NCBI GenBank assembly: GCA_900617105.1
Contig: UYFQ01000456.1
Coordinates: 1 to 34,970 of the forward strand
Reading direction: 5' to 3'
DNA from: Hydrurus foetidus
Lineage: Eukaryota
Length of the DNA stretch: 34,970 nt
The translations under genes were made by a program, and so were the position numbers. Shown here one piece after another: positions 1-12,100 of this stretch. Every line of letters begins with the position of its first letter. Position 1 is the first letter of the stretch. Below the pieces are notes generated by a model. That model made no database searches and was not told where the DNA came from. It was given only the letters and a program-made list of their open reading frames with translations.

Positions 1-2007
1 CTATGGATAATCTTGATCCGTATGGGTCTGATCATCGATACACCTGACTTCTTTAGTCGAGATGACTTGACAACATCATAGTTGTTGGTCCACCTCTGGA
101 GTGTTCGAAAAATTCCCGTGCGGCCTCTTGTCCAATAATGCCTGGACGCATTTACGTTGAGAACGTAAAGTACCGTTTGCAAGGCAATAGCAGAGATGGA
201 TCGAGAACCATCGTCCACAGCACATCCACCCACTACAAGCGCTGTAGATTCCGCATTGGGTGTGGCAAACCGTACCGCGGGCATGCGTTGATCGGTGACG
301 TACGATCGTGTACGTACCGTGGTATCGGTGGTCGTACCGGGTGCGCTGCATTGGGATCGAGACCGCCCCCTGCAGCTTGCGCACGGAATGCTGCTGTTTG
401 CCGCTCGTAATCGATTATGCGATCCGTTGCGGTCAGTACCACGATGTCTCGAGGATCCAAGGGGAGTGGGTTAGAACCCGAATTTCCCGTGGAACCTCCT
501 GGATGACTCGTTGGGTTGTGGGTTGTAATCCGTTTCACCGGTGAACGTACGTACGTATGTAGGCCGTTCCGGTGACCCTGGTGGGGAAGCTTGTCGCTTG
601 CGTGACGTGGAACCCTCTTGTGGAGGTGACGCGCGTTTGCGAGGAACGTCCGCTGTGCGGTTATTGTCTCCACATTTTCGGGGATGCGCGTATCGCGACT
701 CTCGAGTAGTCGAGAGTTGTCGGTAACGCGTACGGTTGCCCGTGGAGTCGCACGTTCGTCCTCGTACTGGTTGTCGTTGTACTGACGACCGTCAGTATTA
801 CGGTTGCCCCGGTTGGAGGTATCCTGTTGGCGACGATTGTCTCCTTGAGGATAGTCCCTTGGGGGACTGTCATCGTAACCCTGTGGGGGTTCTCGACGAC
901 TTCTCCTATTGGGGTTGTTGTCGCCCTGACGGAAATTGCATCGCAGTTTGTTATCGAACCATTAGATTACTGGTTATCGTTGTGACGTTGGAAAGTGTCT
1001 CTGCGATTATCCCTGTTAGGGTTGTCGTCTTGTTGGCGATGGTCGTGATCGCGACGCCCGTCATTCTGACGTGGGTTGTCGTCGTTGCGACGATTGTCGC
1101 TGTTGCGTCGATCGTCGTATTGACGTCTGTTGTCGTCGTTGAATGGGGTGTCGTAGCCGCGACGACCATCGTTGTCGTAGTCGTGGCTGTCGTCATTCTG
1201 ACGGTAATTGTCGTTATAACGACGATTATCGCTCTGACGTTGATTGTCATTGCGGCGATCATCGTTATATTGACGTCCTCGTTATCGTAACGAACGTCGT
1301 TACGGTGCTCCGTACCGTATGAAGGGCCCGTATTACGGTTGTCGGTTGTCCCTGGGAGGGTTGAGTCATCGTAGTTACGACGATTGTCGTTGTGACCTTG
1401 ATTGTCATCATTAGAACGTCGATAATCGTTGTTGTTTCGATTATCTTCATTGTATTGACGTTGGTTAGAATCGTTGCGTTGACGGTTATCGTAACGATTA
1501 CCGTCACCACCGTCTTCGCTACCACTCTTGTTGGTTCGGAGGGCGAGAATCGCTCCGTTGCATCTCCGTCGACGGGTTATTCCGACGAGTTGAGTTGTCG
1601 TAACTGTCGAGGCCCCGACGACGGAGGTATCGTTGCGGGGGTGAATCCATACGGCGGCGGGGGTTAGTATCGCCGTCGTCATCATCCCGATCAGGGTTGC
1701 CGTTATGGCGTGTCTGATGACGATTTGCGTCTGACGAACGCAACGTGACATTGTCATGTTGTCGCGTCGACCGAATGTCGTCGTCGTCGTCGTTATGACG
1801 ATTAGGCGGCGCCTGATTGGAACTGTTGGTAGGTCCCAGTATTGTTACTGGGAATACCGGGCGATCAGTTCCGTCAGACGCAGCTACTGCTGTCGGCGCT
1901 GTTGGTGTCGACTGAGTTATCGTAACTGTCGTCGCTGCCGGCTCTGTCGGAGTGATTAATTCGGCGAGCGACGGCGATATCTCCGAAGAGTCATCGGATA
2001 ACGGCAT
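1..2007 (-). pseudogene. Decayed ORF1/gag-like gene of a probable retroelement (T/P-rich N-terminus, long N/D/R-rich repeat tract, then a globular region); runs off the left window edge
   Basis: Starts MPLSDDSSEISPSL (ATG 2007). The same compositional style continues through frameshifts across ORF-track pieces 1519-2067, 951-1757 and 233-673, and past in-frame stops to base 1. No introns seen. No pol domain in the window, so the class is not determined. Confidence 0.5.
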
Positions 2008-2203
2008 CTTTAGATGACTTATGTCTTGACAATTTAAATGGCAGAAGTCGCCAAAAAAAATTTGCAAGGGCTTCGCCTCGTGCCGTTTGGATGAAAATCA
2101 AACAGACGATTAGGCGAAGTAAATAAGTCAAATAAAGTCTGGACGGATGAATGAATCAATCCGTACAGAATGAGCCGGGATTGGGAGACTTGCTCGACCA
2201 ACC

Positions 2204-2557
2204 ACGAGAACGGCGTGGAAGACAAAGCTATCCACGGACGTCAGCCAAGCAAAGCTTGAGGCGAGAGATGGGCAGAAGTTAACTGAGTTAACTCTGCACA
2301 AAAATTTGGGATTGCTGAGATGAAACTCAAGCAACCACAAGACAGTCAAGTATCGGGAGAGAAATCTCAACCCGAGTGACTACGAGAACGGCGTGGAAGA
2401 CAAAGCTATCCACGGACGTCAATCAAGCAAGCTTGAAGCGAGAGATGGGCAGAAGTTAACTGAGTTAACTCTGCACAATCGTATGGGATTGCTGAGATGA
2501 ACTCAAGCAACCACAAAATAGTCAAGTATCGGGAGATAAATCTCAATCCGAGTGACT
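2204..2557. repeat. Two tandem copies (178 and 176 bp) of a hairpin-rich unit
   Basis: ACGAGAACGGCGTGGAAGACAAAGC...CCGAGTGACT at 2204-2381 and 2382-2557. GGAGACTTGCTCG occurs both before (~2184) and after (~2580). Confidence 0.92.
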
Positions 2558-2879
2558 AAGTTTACGGCGACCAGACTTCGGAGACTTGCTCGCGATAGTA
2601 AGAATTGCTCGCAAACGAGAATTTCGAATGAAATTCGAAATTCTCCACGCAGGGTAATCGGGAGAGTTAGGGCAGCAGGGTAGCGTAGAGGATGGTAGCT
2701 TAGAATAGGAGGATAGGGTCTAAAGAAGAGAAACTAAAGGAAGTAGATCTACTGTGACCTTGGAAGGCAAAAGAGAAGGGAGGTCTAAAGGCTAAAAGGA
2801 ACTTGTTAGTTAGGGATGCAACAGAAGGTACGCTAGTAACTTCTGCAAAGCAGCACAAACTAGCTAGTGACTGATAGTC

Positions 2880-4767
2880 GTGGCTGTGAACACGAAGGTA
2901 CTAAGGTGGAAACAGCATCTAATCGGCTAAATGGGGTAGCAGACCCTGAGGGAGCCACAGTCTTATTCCATCTGGAAAATCGAAAGAAGAAATTCTCTTG
3001 AAAACGCGACAGCTGCTGTTCCAGTCTGAACAAGATACGGCGAAGCCCAAATCCAAAAATCCTAGAGGCTATGTCATGAAGGATTTTACAGCCGATTGGT
3101 ATCCTCAAGAATGGGAAGTCTTTCTCCTGTATGGAGTAGCTTCTGAGAAGCCTGATAAGGCTTTCTATATCGAGTAAGTTATGTCATTGATGATTCCTCG
3201 CTACATCCTTTCCTATTTGTGATATCATTTTAATAGGCAATCTTCTGGTCCTGGCAATTCCTCTGCGGCTTCGTCCGTTGCTAAACCGACCAAGTCACAA
3301 AGCCGCAAGTCTCAAAGACAAGTTCAAAGGAAAGAAGAGCTCAAGAAGGTCAACGTGGAGCTCAAGAAACCATCAAGCCATGACTTACTCATCGAGCAAG
3401 AATCGAAATATAATCTCAATAACTTGGCGATCAATAAGGCAATGGTTGAGATGAAGCTTAGACAACAGGTAATTCAAATTGATGGATACATTCAAATACC
3501 CTATAATAACATTTAATCTTTTGTTCGCGCATAGAGGATTGATGAACTCGAGAAGCTTCTGAAGCTGCAATTCCTACCGGAGGATTATCGGGAAGGCTTA
3601 CAAACAGAGTACATGGAGTACTTATTACATGGCTGTCCTGGCATAGAATACTACCAGACTATCAAGAAAGACATTCCCATTTATGAATACTTGGTTGATG
3701 AGGCATCTCCAATTACACCAATCGCTGTGGACGAAGCCATTCCCTTGGATACAAGTATTAGGTCACGTGCTCCATGAGAAGTATAACACCGATGCAGACA
3801 CCGAGGACCCTTTGCATGATCAGCGCATCCACACACCCCCGTCAAAGGCGTCCAGAGTTTTTAGGAACACACAAGTCGCGAAATAATTATCGATACACTG
3901 GGAGAAGTACGGAAATCGACGTGAATTCGCTTTACGATTATAAGTTATATCTTATTTTTAAAAAATTTTAATTTTCAAAAAAGTTATTCGGCTTTTTGTG
4001 GCCGAACGTACACCGTACGGACAAAAATGTACAAAAAAATACGGTACGTTCGGCCACAAAAAGTCGAATAACTTTTTTGAAAATTAAAATTTTTAAAAAT
4101 AAGATATAACTTATAATCGGAATCCGAATTCACGTCGATTTCCGTACTTCTCCCAGTGTATCGATAATTATTTCGCGAGATTCGTGTTCCTGAATTTTTT
4201 AGCAGGGCTGGACGAAAATGGATGCGCTGACCATGCAAAAGGTCCGAGGATGAAGGAGACGAGGAAGTTGATGAAAGGAATCAAGAGGATGAAGACGAGG
4301 AATCTGAAGAAGGAGGACAAGAAGAGGAAGAGGAGCAAAGAGATAATGAGGAAGATTAGATGGAAGAGGAAGACGTTAAAAGTGAGGACGATGAAGTGGT
4401 TCAAGAGAAGCATGTAGTTGAGATGGAAAAAGGATTTGGTACCGTTGAAAAAACAGTAATCAACTCTCAGCCTGTCTTTACTCCATTTGAGGATACTCAA
4501 GACTCAATAGCGACATCATACGAGAAGCATCAAGCACGTCGGCCGTATCAGGTTCCTATAACCAAACAATTTGTATTCAAGAAAATCTCAGGACCAACTA
4601 TATCCACCTCGTCTCGCTCACAGAAATCATCCAGCTCGTCCAGCTCCGCTAGGGTAACAAGAGGTGCCTCAACTAAACGATCAAATACCGATGATATAGT
4701 AGATGATAGCGATGACAATGTTTGCTATTTTACAACACAGAAAAAGTCCAAAAAAGGGAAGAAATAA
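2880..4767 (+). pseudogene. Harbinger partner (ORF1, Myb/SANT-type DNA-binding protein) remnant with two introns, frameshifts/stops and a MITE insertion
   Basis: Reads ...LIPSGKSKEEILLKTRQLLF...WYPQEWEVFLLYG, GT-AG intron (~3174-3236), a K-rich coiled segment, a second intron (~3469-3533), then an acidic tract and a KKSKKGKK end (4767). The IPSGK motif is shared with the partner ORF of the inner element. The two-gene layout is typical of Harbinger. Confidence 0.6.
3864..4190. mobile_element. Foldback MITE (~327 bp, arms ~150 bp), Harbinger/Tourist-like
   Basis: Near-perfect inverted repeat GGAACAC...TCGCGAAATAATTATCGATACACTGGG... / ...CCCAGTGTATCGATAATTATTTCGCGA...GTGTTCC, flanked by TTA and TGA. 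The ORF track gives the same peptide (SRNNYRYTGRSTEIDVNS) on both strands. Confidence 0.9.
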
Positions 4768-4956
4768 GAGGATTTTAGAAAAAGTAATATTTTTTAATTC
4801 ACAATAGTATGTCACATGATATCAATTAATGCTTTAGTAAGGTTTAGGAAGCTATTAGTCGACGTAGGAGTTAAAATTACAAAAAAAAAATCGGTAATCA
4901 AGATTTCGTAATCATTTTACTGATTTTTGATTACAATATTTTTAAATTGTTGAATA

Positions 4957-6387
4957 TTAAACACATTTTTTCTTTAACCACATCACTTCGTCGACTGAAT
5001 ATTTGTAAGCAAAATGATCTATCAATTTTTTATTTAATACACTATAAGAATTCTCATATTCTTCAATTTCTTCACCGTGATATATAGAAAATCTATGTCT
5101 CATAGAATCTACTCCCATCAAAGTATAATCAGTGTCGGGTGTTAAATTTCTGACTCTACTCAAATATTGACGAAAAATAAACATATCTTCTGCAGCATGA
5201 TCTCCATCTCTACCAGCATAATTAATTTCATTCTCCCATCGGGAATCATGACCATCATTTGTAAGTAATATGTTATGAATAATGCAACAGGTGAAGAACA
5301 TATTATCAACAACTTCTCTTGTGTTATAAAATATTGGGACTTTCAAACATCGAAATCTACCTTTCAATGAACCAAAAGTACACTCCACATCTTTCCTCAC
5401 TGATTCAGCCCATTCACTCCATAATGACTCTTTGGGAATTGCAGAGTGCTTCAAAGGACACTGAAGACAACGCCATTTATGATAACCTCCGTCAACAAGT
5501 AGGTAACATCCCTTTTCAGTAAATTCTTCTCCCGTATCTTTACACAATGTATATTTGACGTCTTGATAAAGTTCCTCATCATGAATTGGAGAAACAAATC
5601 CATCAAATCGGACTATTGTCTTGTCGTTTTTAGCCCCAAGAAAACCTTTTGTTGCAGCAATGATTTTTGAGGTGTGACCCACTGTAACTTCGTAGGATAT
5701 TGAAGGATAACCTTTCTTCCCTTTGTGTAAGGAACGATCTCCCGCTGGACACCTCTCCCACCGAAGATGAACACAGTCGGTACTACCAATACATCCAGGG
5801 AAGCCCAGTCTCTCGTAAACGCTTAATGTTCTCTGAATCTCGGCTTCAGTCAAAGGTGCATTGCAGTAAACATCAAAGTACTCCTTCGAGAACAAATAAC
5901 AGAAGGAGTGAAAGAACATCCGATTGCATTCTGCACTGATAAATGATAGTTCATCAATCCCATCAAAGCAGTATCCTCGTCCCAAAACACGTAAAACTCC
6001 AAGTATTTTAAGCTCAAGCGGAGCCCCTCTTCTACCAGAGGCATCAGGTCTTTCTGTGAACCAGTTGTTCTCTCTCGTAAGTGCAACCAATCTTAAGAAC
6101 ACAGGGAATGGAACCCTAAAGCGGCGGCGAAATAGAACTCCACCTTTCTTATCAGTCGGATCTTGTGTTCTCGGATTCATTAGCATCCTTCCCCACGTTG
6201 AATATTCGTACAGAGGACGTGCCTCTGACTTCCTAACACGGAAGATAGTAAGCTTCTCTATGCCATCATTCGAATCATCAACCTCAAAGGGATCAACGAA
6301 TAGCAATTTTCGACGTTTGGTAGATTGATCAGCATGAAACTCAAGTCTAGTCATGAGATCATCAATGGTATTAAGTTGGTTTAACAT
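4957..6387 (-). CDS. PIF/Harbinger-type DDE transposase (plant transposon protein / DDE_Tnp_4-like), 476 aa, open
   Basis: FRRRFRVP motif, HTH region, GFPGCIGSTDCVH (D1), LLVDGGY (D2), RKDVECTFGSLKGRF (E), CCIIHN; all characteristic of Harbinger/HARBI1-like transposases. Confidence 0.93.
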   Translation of the reverse strand: MLNQLNTIDDLMTRLEFHADQSTKRRKLLFVDPFEVDDSNDGIEKLTIFRVRKSEARPLYEYSTWGRMLMNPRTQDPTDKKGGVLFRRRFRVPFPVFLRLVALTRENNWFTERPDASGRRGAPLELKILGVLRVLGRGYCFDGIDELSFISAECNRMFFHSFCYLFSKEYFDVYCNAPLTEAEIQRTLSVYERLGFPGCIGSTDCVHLRWERCPAGDRSLHKGKKGYPSISYEVTVGHTSKIIAATKGFLGAKNDKTIVRFDGFVSPIHDEELYQDVKYTLCKDTGEEFTEKGCYLLVDGGYHKWRCLQCPLKHSAIPKESLWSEWAESVRKDVECTFGSLKGRFRCLKVPIFYNTREVVDNMFFTCCIIHNILLTNDGHDSRWENEINYAGRDGDHAAEDMFIFRQYLSRVRNLTPDTDYTLMGVDSMRHRFSIYHGEEIEEYENSYSVLNKKLIDHFAYKYSVDEVMWLKKKCV

Positions 6388-6726
6388 TTCTACGGTCGAA
6401 ATTAACTTTTAGCGAAGATATTGCTGTGATTAAATTGTGTGGAGGAGTGACAAACCAAGTTTAATTAAAACTTCAAGAAACAAGTCATCCAAAAATATGT
6501 GATCCGTAATCCTTATAAGGCCAATCCTTAACATTATCCAAATTTTTTTACATTTTTATTTTTTTGGATGAATTTTATTTTTTTTTATTTTTTTTTGGAT
6601 AGCGTGCCGTAATACAATTTTATCCGAATACATTTTGGTTCATTTTTTAGGATGACATTTTTGGATAGCGTGCCGTAATATTCATCCATATCAAAATATA
6701 TTTTCATCTAAAAAGATGTTTATTTT

Positions 6727-7045
6727 ATGGAAGACTTCATTTTACATCGTGCATTTCATCGTCAACATCACAATTTAAACATGGAACAATGGATAAAGGA
6801 TAATGTCCCTTCGTTAACTGATCTCCTGAAACGTGGTCGAGCTAGAAGGAAGCTTAATGCCGAAAGTGATGCTGCCAGCGATGTTCAGAAGGCTGGGGAA
6901 GTAGATGATGAAGGAGAAGAAGTCGATGAAGATGGTGAAAAGGAAGCAAAGCAGCCCACAAAATGAAAAACTTACATTAGGGAGAATTACAGAGAAAGCT
7001 GTTGGTGGAATTTTTTACAGAGGGACAACCTATCCGATTCGACTA
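6727..7045 (+). pseudogene. Probable C-terminal remnant of the inner element's transposase
   Basis: Acidic tract, then (after a frame change) ELQRKLLVEFF, resembling VLNKKLIDHF at the end of the 476-aa transposase. It is convergent with the partner gene, as in the outer element. Confidence 0.35.
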
Positions 7046-7139
7046 GTCGTGATGAGAAAATATTCCGCAATCGCTTTACCGTACCATTTCAATTATTTTA
7101 ATTACACAAGACATTTTAATTAGTTTTTTTTTGCCAGGG

Positions 7140-8301
7140 CTTCGCCTTGTTCACGTTTAGGATATTTTCAACGACATCAATCGGCTTTTAAAAAATACTC
7201 ATATGTTGTTACGATAAATAATAGATGAAAATACCAAAACGTAAGTGACAAAAAATTTACTAACGATCGCTGCAGGAGTCTTCGAAAATGTCATGAAGAA
7301 GGATATGCGATTGAAATCATTATCTCTCTCAGCCATAGTGACTTCCCTCTGGTGGAGATTGGTTTCAGTAATCCTTAGAGCACTGATCTCTGTTGTCGAT
7401 TTGGTGGTTCCTTTCAGTTCATTCTCTTTTCTTCTTTGATCATCTCTGCCAAGAGGCTTCTTCCTTCCCTCTGTAACTTCAGGACCATCTTCAATTGCCT
7501 CGTTTACCCAATGAACAGTAGGTTCATCAGAAGGTATAAAAACATATGCCGAGCTGGAGGATGAGCTAGAAGATGAAGTGGCAGATACGACGGCGTTTGA
7601 CGGTGTCACTGAACCAAGGGATGTGTTGAGTGGATCATCAGCTTCCTCCTGTGGATCATCATTTGCCGACTTCCCTCTCACGGAATGGGCTTCCTTGCGA
7701 ACCTCATTTAGGACGTCTCCTTCGTTCTTCCCTGAAGGAATGCCATTCCTTGTAAGCCTATGATTACAGCAGAGAATCAGAAAACGGTAGACAACTTTTG
7801 CTTAACAAATCACTAATCTTTTGTAGATGGGAGTTAGAGTATTGTTGATGTAGGTTTTCATAGAGCTATACTTCTTGCGTATTTTCTCTCCAGTGATTGT
7901 CTCCATTGCTTTGCTGGTACCGACGGTCAAATATAGCAAGGGAATTTTCCTGACACGGCTTCCGAGAACAGGATCTTTGCACCATATATCGTAGAAAAGA
8001 GGAAAGTTGATGACGAACAATTCGTCTTGGGCAGTTTGCGTGCAGTAGCTCTTCGACTGAATAGAGAGACCACATTAACAGATCAATAATCCTTGGATTT
8101 GCTTGATCTCCGCAATCCACGCCTTGAAGAATTTCTGCTGCTGGGCGTCAAGGATTGATAAACCATCACGATTTGACGCCGTGTTTTACCGCGCCGTAGG
8201 CGAACGAGTCGATGAACGAGTTGGCTGCTTGGCAGAAACTTTAGCGCCTCTAGGCTTACCCTTCTTCGGTTGCTTCCCACTCTCAGGTTTCGCTTTCACC
8301 A
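7140..8301 (-). pseudogene. Harbinger partner (Myb/SANT-type ORF1) of the inner element, intron-containing, with in-frame stops
   Basis: MVKAKPESGKQPKK start, ...TGEKIRKKYSSMKTYINNTLTPIYKR, intron (~7759-7815), LTRNGIPSGKNEGDVL...KPLGRDDQRRK. The latter resembles the 'RPxGxK' NAM-associated motif of Harbinger ORF1 proteins. Confidence 0.6.
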
Positions 8302-9135
8302 TTTTTGGTTGATGATATTGTGATCTATGTCTGACGAGGATTCTAAGGGATGTGTCATTTTAGATGGTCAAATCATACTAGGAAAGAGGGACGTTTCCTA
8401 GTATGATTTCGTCATCCGAAAATAAAATGAAATTTCAATTTTCAGGACACGTCATTTTGTATGGTTACGAAATGTCCCCCGGTCAATTCTCATCCAAAAA
8501 AAGAACAAATTATGACTTTTTTGGATACGTTAAGGATTGGCCTGAGGGCTACAGATTTTCAAAACGTATTTTCGATTACAGATATTAGGATTATGATTCC
8601 GTAATCCTTATAAGAGTTTGCACATTACCGATTACGAAAACGATTTTCCGATTAGGTATAAGGTTTGGCCTCATGACAAAAAGGTAGAAAGACGGAAAAA
8701 GACGGACCGATTTTCAGATGAGTGTAAACCGCCCCAAAGACGGGAAGGGCGGTTGTGTCAGTCCCTAGACCCAGCACACTTTTTCGTAGGCCTTTTCAGT
8801 TTAAAAAAACCCTACCCTAAACCTAATTTAACCCTAATGTAGCCCTGAAAGGCTTTGTAAACGGGCTGTCTCGCTGAGCTGGACTAGATAACCTTTCTGA
8901 ACAAAACGTAGGGACACCCATAAACAACTTTCCCGAAAATGATTCTTGTGCGTTTTCGAAAAAGTTTTCGCCACCAACAATTCATCTACCGTACTTCAAA
9001 TTCACTTCTCAAATTTGAATTTTATTGATATAAACACTATCCAGGCAATCTGCAAACGAAAAGTAGCATGTACATTGCTCCTTCAGGCAGCAGCTATCTA
9101 CAATATCAACACGTGAGAGAACTTGATAGTATAGA

Positions 9136-12100
9136 TCACGAGGATTTTTTTGTTTTCTTCCCGCCTTTCTTCTTTTTGATGAGTTTTGCAACAGCTTCTA
9201 GAGCCAAGACTTTATCCGCAGCATCCTTCGCATCGAGGACTTTTAAACTCTTCTCCGCCTTCAGCAGTTTTTCTTTGCAGGCAGCAATCACTGCAGCATT
9301 TGCTCCTGATAATCAACAAGATTAGTGTGTGGGACATACGATCAGAAATTATCGACACCTCTGTTTTTTACATGACGAATGAAAATGAAAATGAAAAATG
9401 CGTGCGTATTTCGGCGCTCAGACACATGTACATACCTAAGATGTCTGCGCCTCCGTAGCTTTTCTTCAATTTTTCCACAGAGGTCTTGAGAAGTACGTAC
9501 GTCTCAGAGTGCAGCCACCGGTGCTCTCCATTATTATCGGGAGGGGGAAGGGGAAACCCTTCAGTTTCCTCAATTTTTCCTACGAAAAGAATGTTTCAGC
9601 ATGAGTTTGAAGATTAAAGAGACCTTTTAAAATATCGATATTTCACTGTGTGATGGACTTCAAGAAGGGAACACGCGAAATGATAAGAGGCGCGAATGAA
9701 GGTCAAGAAGGATGTCCCTTGTGTAATCTACCACTGCAAACGCTGCGGTGTAACATCCACTAGTGAATGCAGTACACTTAAAACTCATACCACTACTGTC
9801 GCACCTGTGTCACACTCTTGCCAATATCCCTCAGGGGGATTGTCCAATGGAAGTCGTACGGTCGGTACGGACAGCATCGCACGGGACATTCCTATTGATG
9901 GCAATAATTTGATTTCATACTGTGAATCTCACACAGATGTTAAATAAATGCATTGAACTAAGATGAAGAGGATTGCAGAAGATGTTACAAAGTCATCTAC
10001 GTAATTTATTTAGCCAGATTTGTTCGTGTAGAATAATGTGCGTACGTACTGATTTGAATTTGGTTTGGATAGATTTGCTCCCAATTTCACTCACTCACCC
10101 AGTTCCGCTTCTAGTCTCTTGAAGAGAACATCTGCTTCATTGACAACCTCTGCAGATGCATCGCTGTCAGCTGACTGGGCAACTGCATCCCTTAGTCTAG
10201 TCATGTCGCGCTCATCCAAATCGGTGGCTTGGGTAACATTGGCAAGTCTACTCGTCAGAGTGGATAATAAGCATTCCACTTGACACCTACATTGAACAGA
10301 AAAATGTATGTAATGATTAGATACGAATAAAACATGAAGAACTGTATTACAGTAGCAGAATATTTCGTGCTCAAAACTCAAACACCTGGGGTCACGTCCA
10401 AATCACCCCACACCATACTAAAAAAGTAAAAAATCTGGGGAACCTTCCCCTTTTTAATTTTTAGTATGGTGTGGGGTCAGTTTTTGACCACGCAACACAC
10501 ACGTTTGAGTTGGATTTTGGGCATCAAAAGCCGACATTATATTCTGCTACAGTAATATCTACAACATTACAATTAGCGAAAATAAGACTTGACACGTAAC
10601 AAAAATCACAAAGCAGTGTTACACTTAATACGCATTTCATATCAAGACTCATTGGTAATAGCACTTATGAAAGGGGTTTTAAAAGTCTATGACATAATTA
10701 ATATCATCACCCCCAGAGTGGGATTATGATCATGGCAAGTGATATAAATTTCAATTAAAAAAGATGGAGTACTCACCGCCTAATGAGATCTCTGCTTATT
10801 TGTAATTGACTTTGATCAATATCCAATAACAAAGATCTACAAATGGTACGTTCCAATTTATGTACGTTCTGTACATACGTAGTTTGGGATCGGATGGGTA
10901 GGCATTGTCGAAGGGCAGCAGTGTCATTGAAGAGGTCTTGAGTCATTTCCAACTTTAAAAGGATTTTTTCCGCTTTTTGAATAATTGCTTCTTCTAGTGC
11001 CCAGTGCAGCGCATCGTTGATAGCATCACTAAGTCTGAAAATCAAAAGGAGAAATATTGGTAATAAAGCGGTTGAGAAATAGTGTGGCAGTAAGCTGTAT
11101 TTTAATTGGTTGACAGTGACAATGGTATACTATTGTTGTATCGAATTACTAGAATGGCAAGTAGCTAATATTTAAATGTCGTATATTTGAAAATTTTCAG
11201 TTATTCATTTCAAATACATTTGAGAAAGGCATTGATACACTGATCTATTCAAACCTTCGTGCGATTTCAGGAATATTCGTGACTGTTCTCTGCGATATAT
11301 CTGCGTCGCATCTAATAGCCTCCTCAAGCGCTGCATTTAATCCATCCACATGTTGCATATACTAACATTGACAAATGCGTGTATAGGACACATGATTAAT
11401 ATAGGCTCGATAATTCGTTTGATTTATAATTCATGATATTCTGTACATTTAAACAACTGAGGATACCCGAAGCATCACAGTTATACAGACGTAGAGTTAA
11501 ACATCCACAGTTAAACTGAGGATCATAAGTGGTGAGTCATGCCGTACCGTGATCATGTTTTGTTCGTGTTTCTGGATGATATCTTGAGCGGTCATAGATG
11601 CACCTTTCTCCATCGCTCCAGCTAAAACTTCTCTGATTTCTTTGTCTATGCAATACAGAATATACAATACGTGAGTAAATAAAATGTGATAGCAATATTT
11701 TCTGTGCAGAATATAGTATTATTCTGTACGACTTCGTTGGTTAGAGTTACATGTGTAAAATATATGATACGGACTTAAAAAAATACGAAAATTAATACAC
11801 AACAGACAACCCCGTCCCCAACACATTGTCAGCGTAACTCTACAAATACGTCATAAGCATTTTTTTACACGGATTCTGACATTCCATTGAGAATCTATGA
11901 TCATTTTGGAATTCATACACAGAAAAATGATTTCCAAAACATGAAAATAGTCTAATCAAACTATGACATAAGCCGATGAGCAAAAACACTTAAGGAGTGC
12001 CCTCAAAGTTTTTATTCAAAATTACCTGTCGCCATGTCGATGGGCAGATTTTTATAAATGTTAACTATGTTTGCGCGTCCTCCATCTTCAACAAGAACCT

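Larger units (their letters stand above)
1..2875 (-). mobile_element. 5' portion of a probable retrotransposon (possibly tyrosine-recombinase DIRS/Ngaro type) inserted into the Harbinger partner gene
   Basis: GC-rich intronless ORF1 remnant, then an upstream structured tandem repeat, then a strand-biased tract (2650-2870, pyrimidine-rich on minus), then an abrupt switch near 2875 into the middle of the Harbinger partner coding sequence. No clear TG..CA LTR found. Confidence 0.4.
6519..8542. mobile_element. Nested non-autonomous Harbinger element (~2.0 kb internal-deletion derivative)
   Basis: TIRs GGCCAATCCTTAAC..TATCCAAA (6519) and TTGGATACGTTAAGGATTGGCC (8542), flanked by TAA and TGA. Subterminal repeats TTTTTGGATAGCGTGCCGTAATA occur twice (~6592, ~6658). 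Confidence 0.85.
2876..8670. mobile_element. PIF/Harbinger-superfamily DNA transposon (outer element): convergent partner gene and transposase; left end not visible
   Basis: DDE transposase at 4957-6387(-) and a convergent second gene. Terminus ...GGTATAAGGTTTGGCC ends at 8670, followed by TCA. GATTAC/GTAATC subterminal motifs at ~6505 and 8575-8640. Confidence 0.75.

Noticed and set aside
736..1667. V/I/T-rich 'membrane protein' ORFs (736-1290, 951-1757 part, 1392-1667)
   Set aside because: Alternative-frame and antisense readings of the N/D/R repeat tract.
2204..2557. Hammerhead ribozyme (Penelope-type) in the tandem repeat
   Set aside because: No CUGANGA...GAAA core in the correct arrangement was found on either strand.
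4168..4500. K/R/M-rich ORF 4184-4417 and hydrophobic ORF 4168-4500
   Set aside because: Off-frame and antisense shadows of the acidic tract in the decayed Harbinger partner gene.
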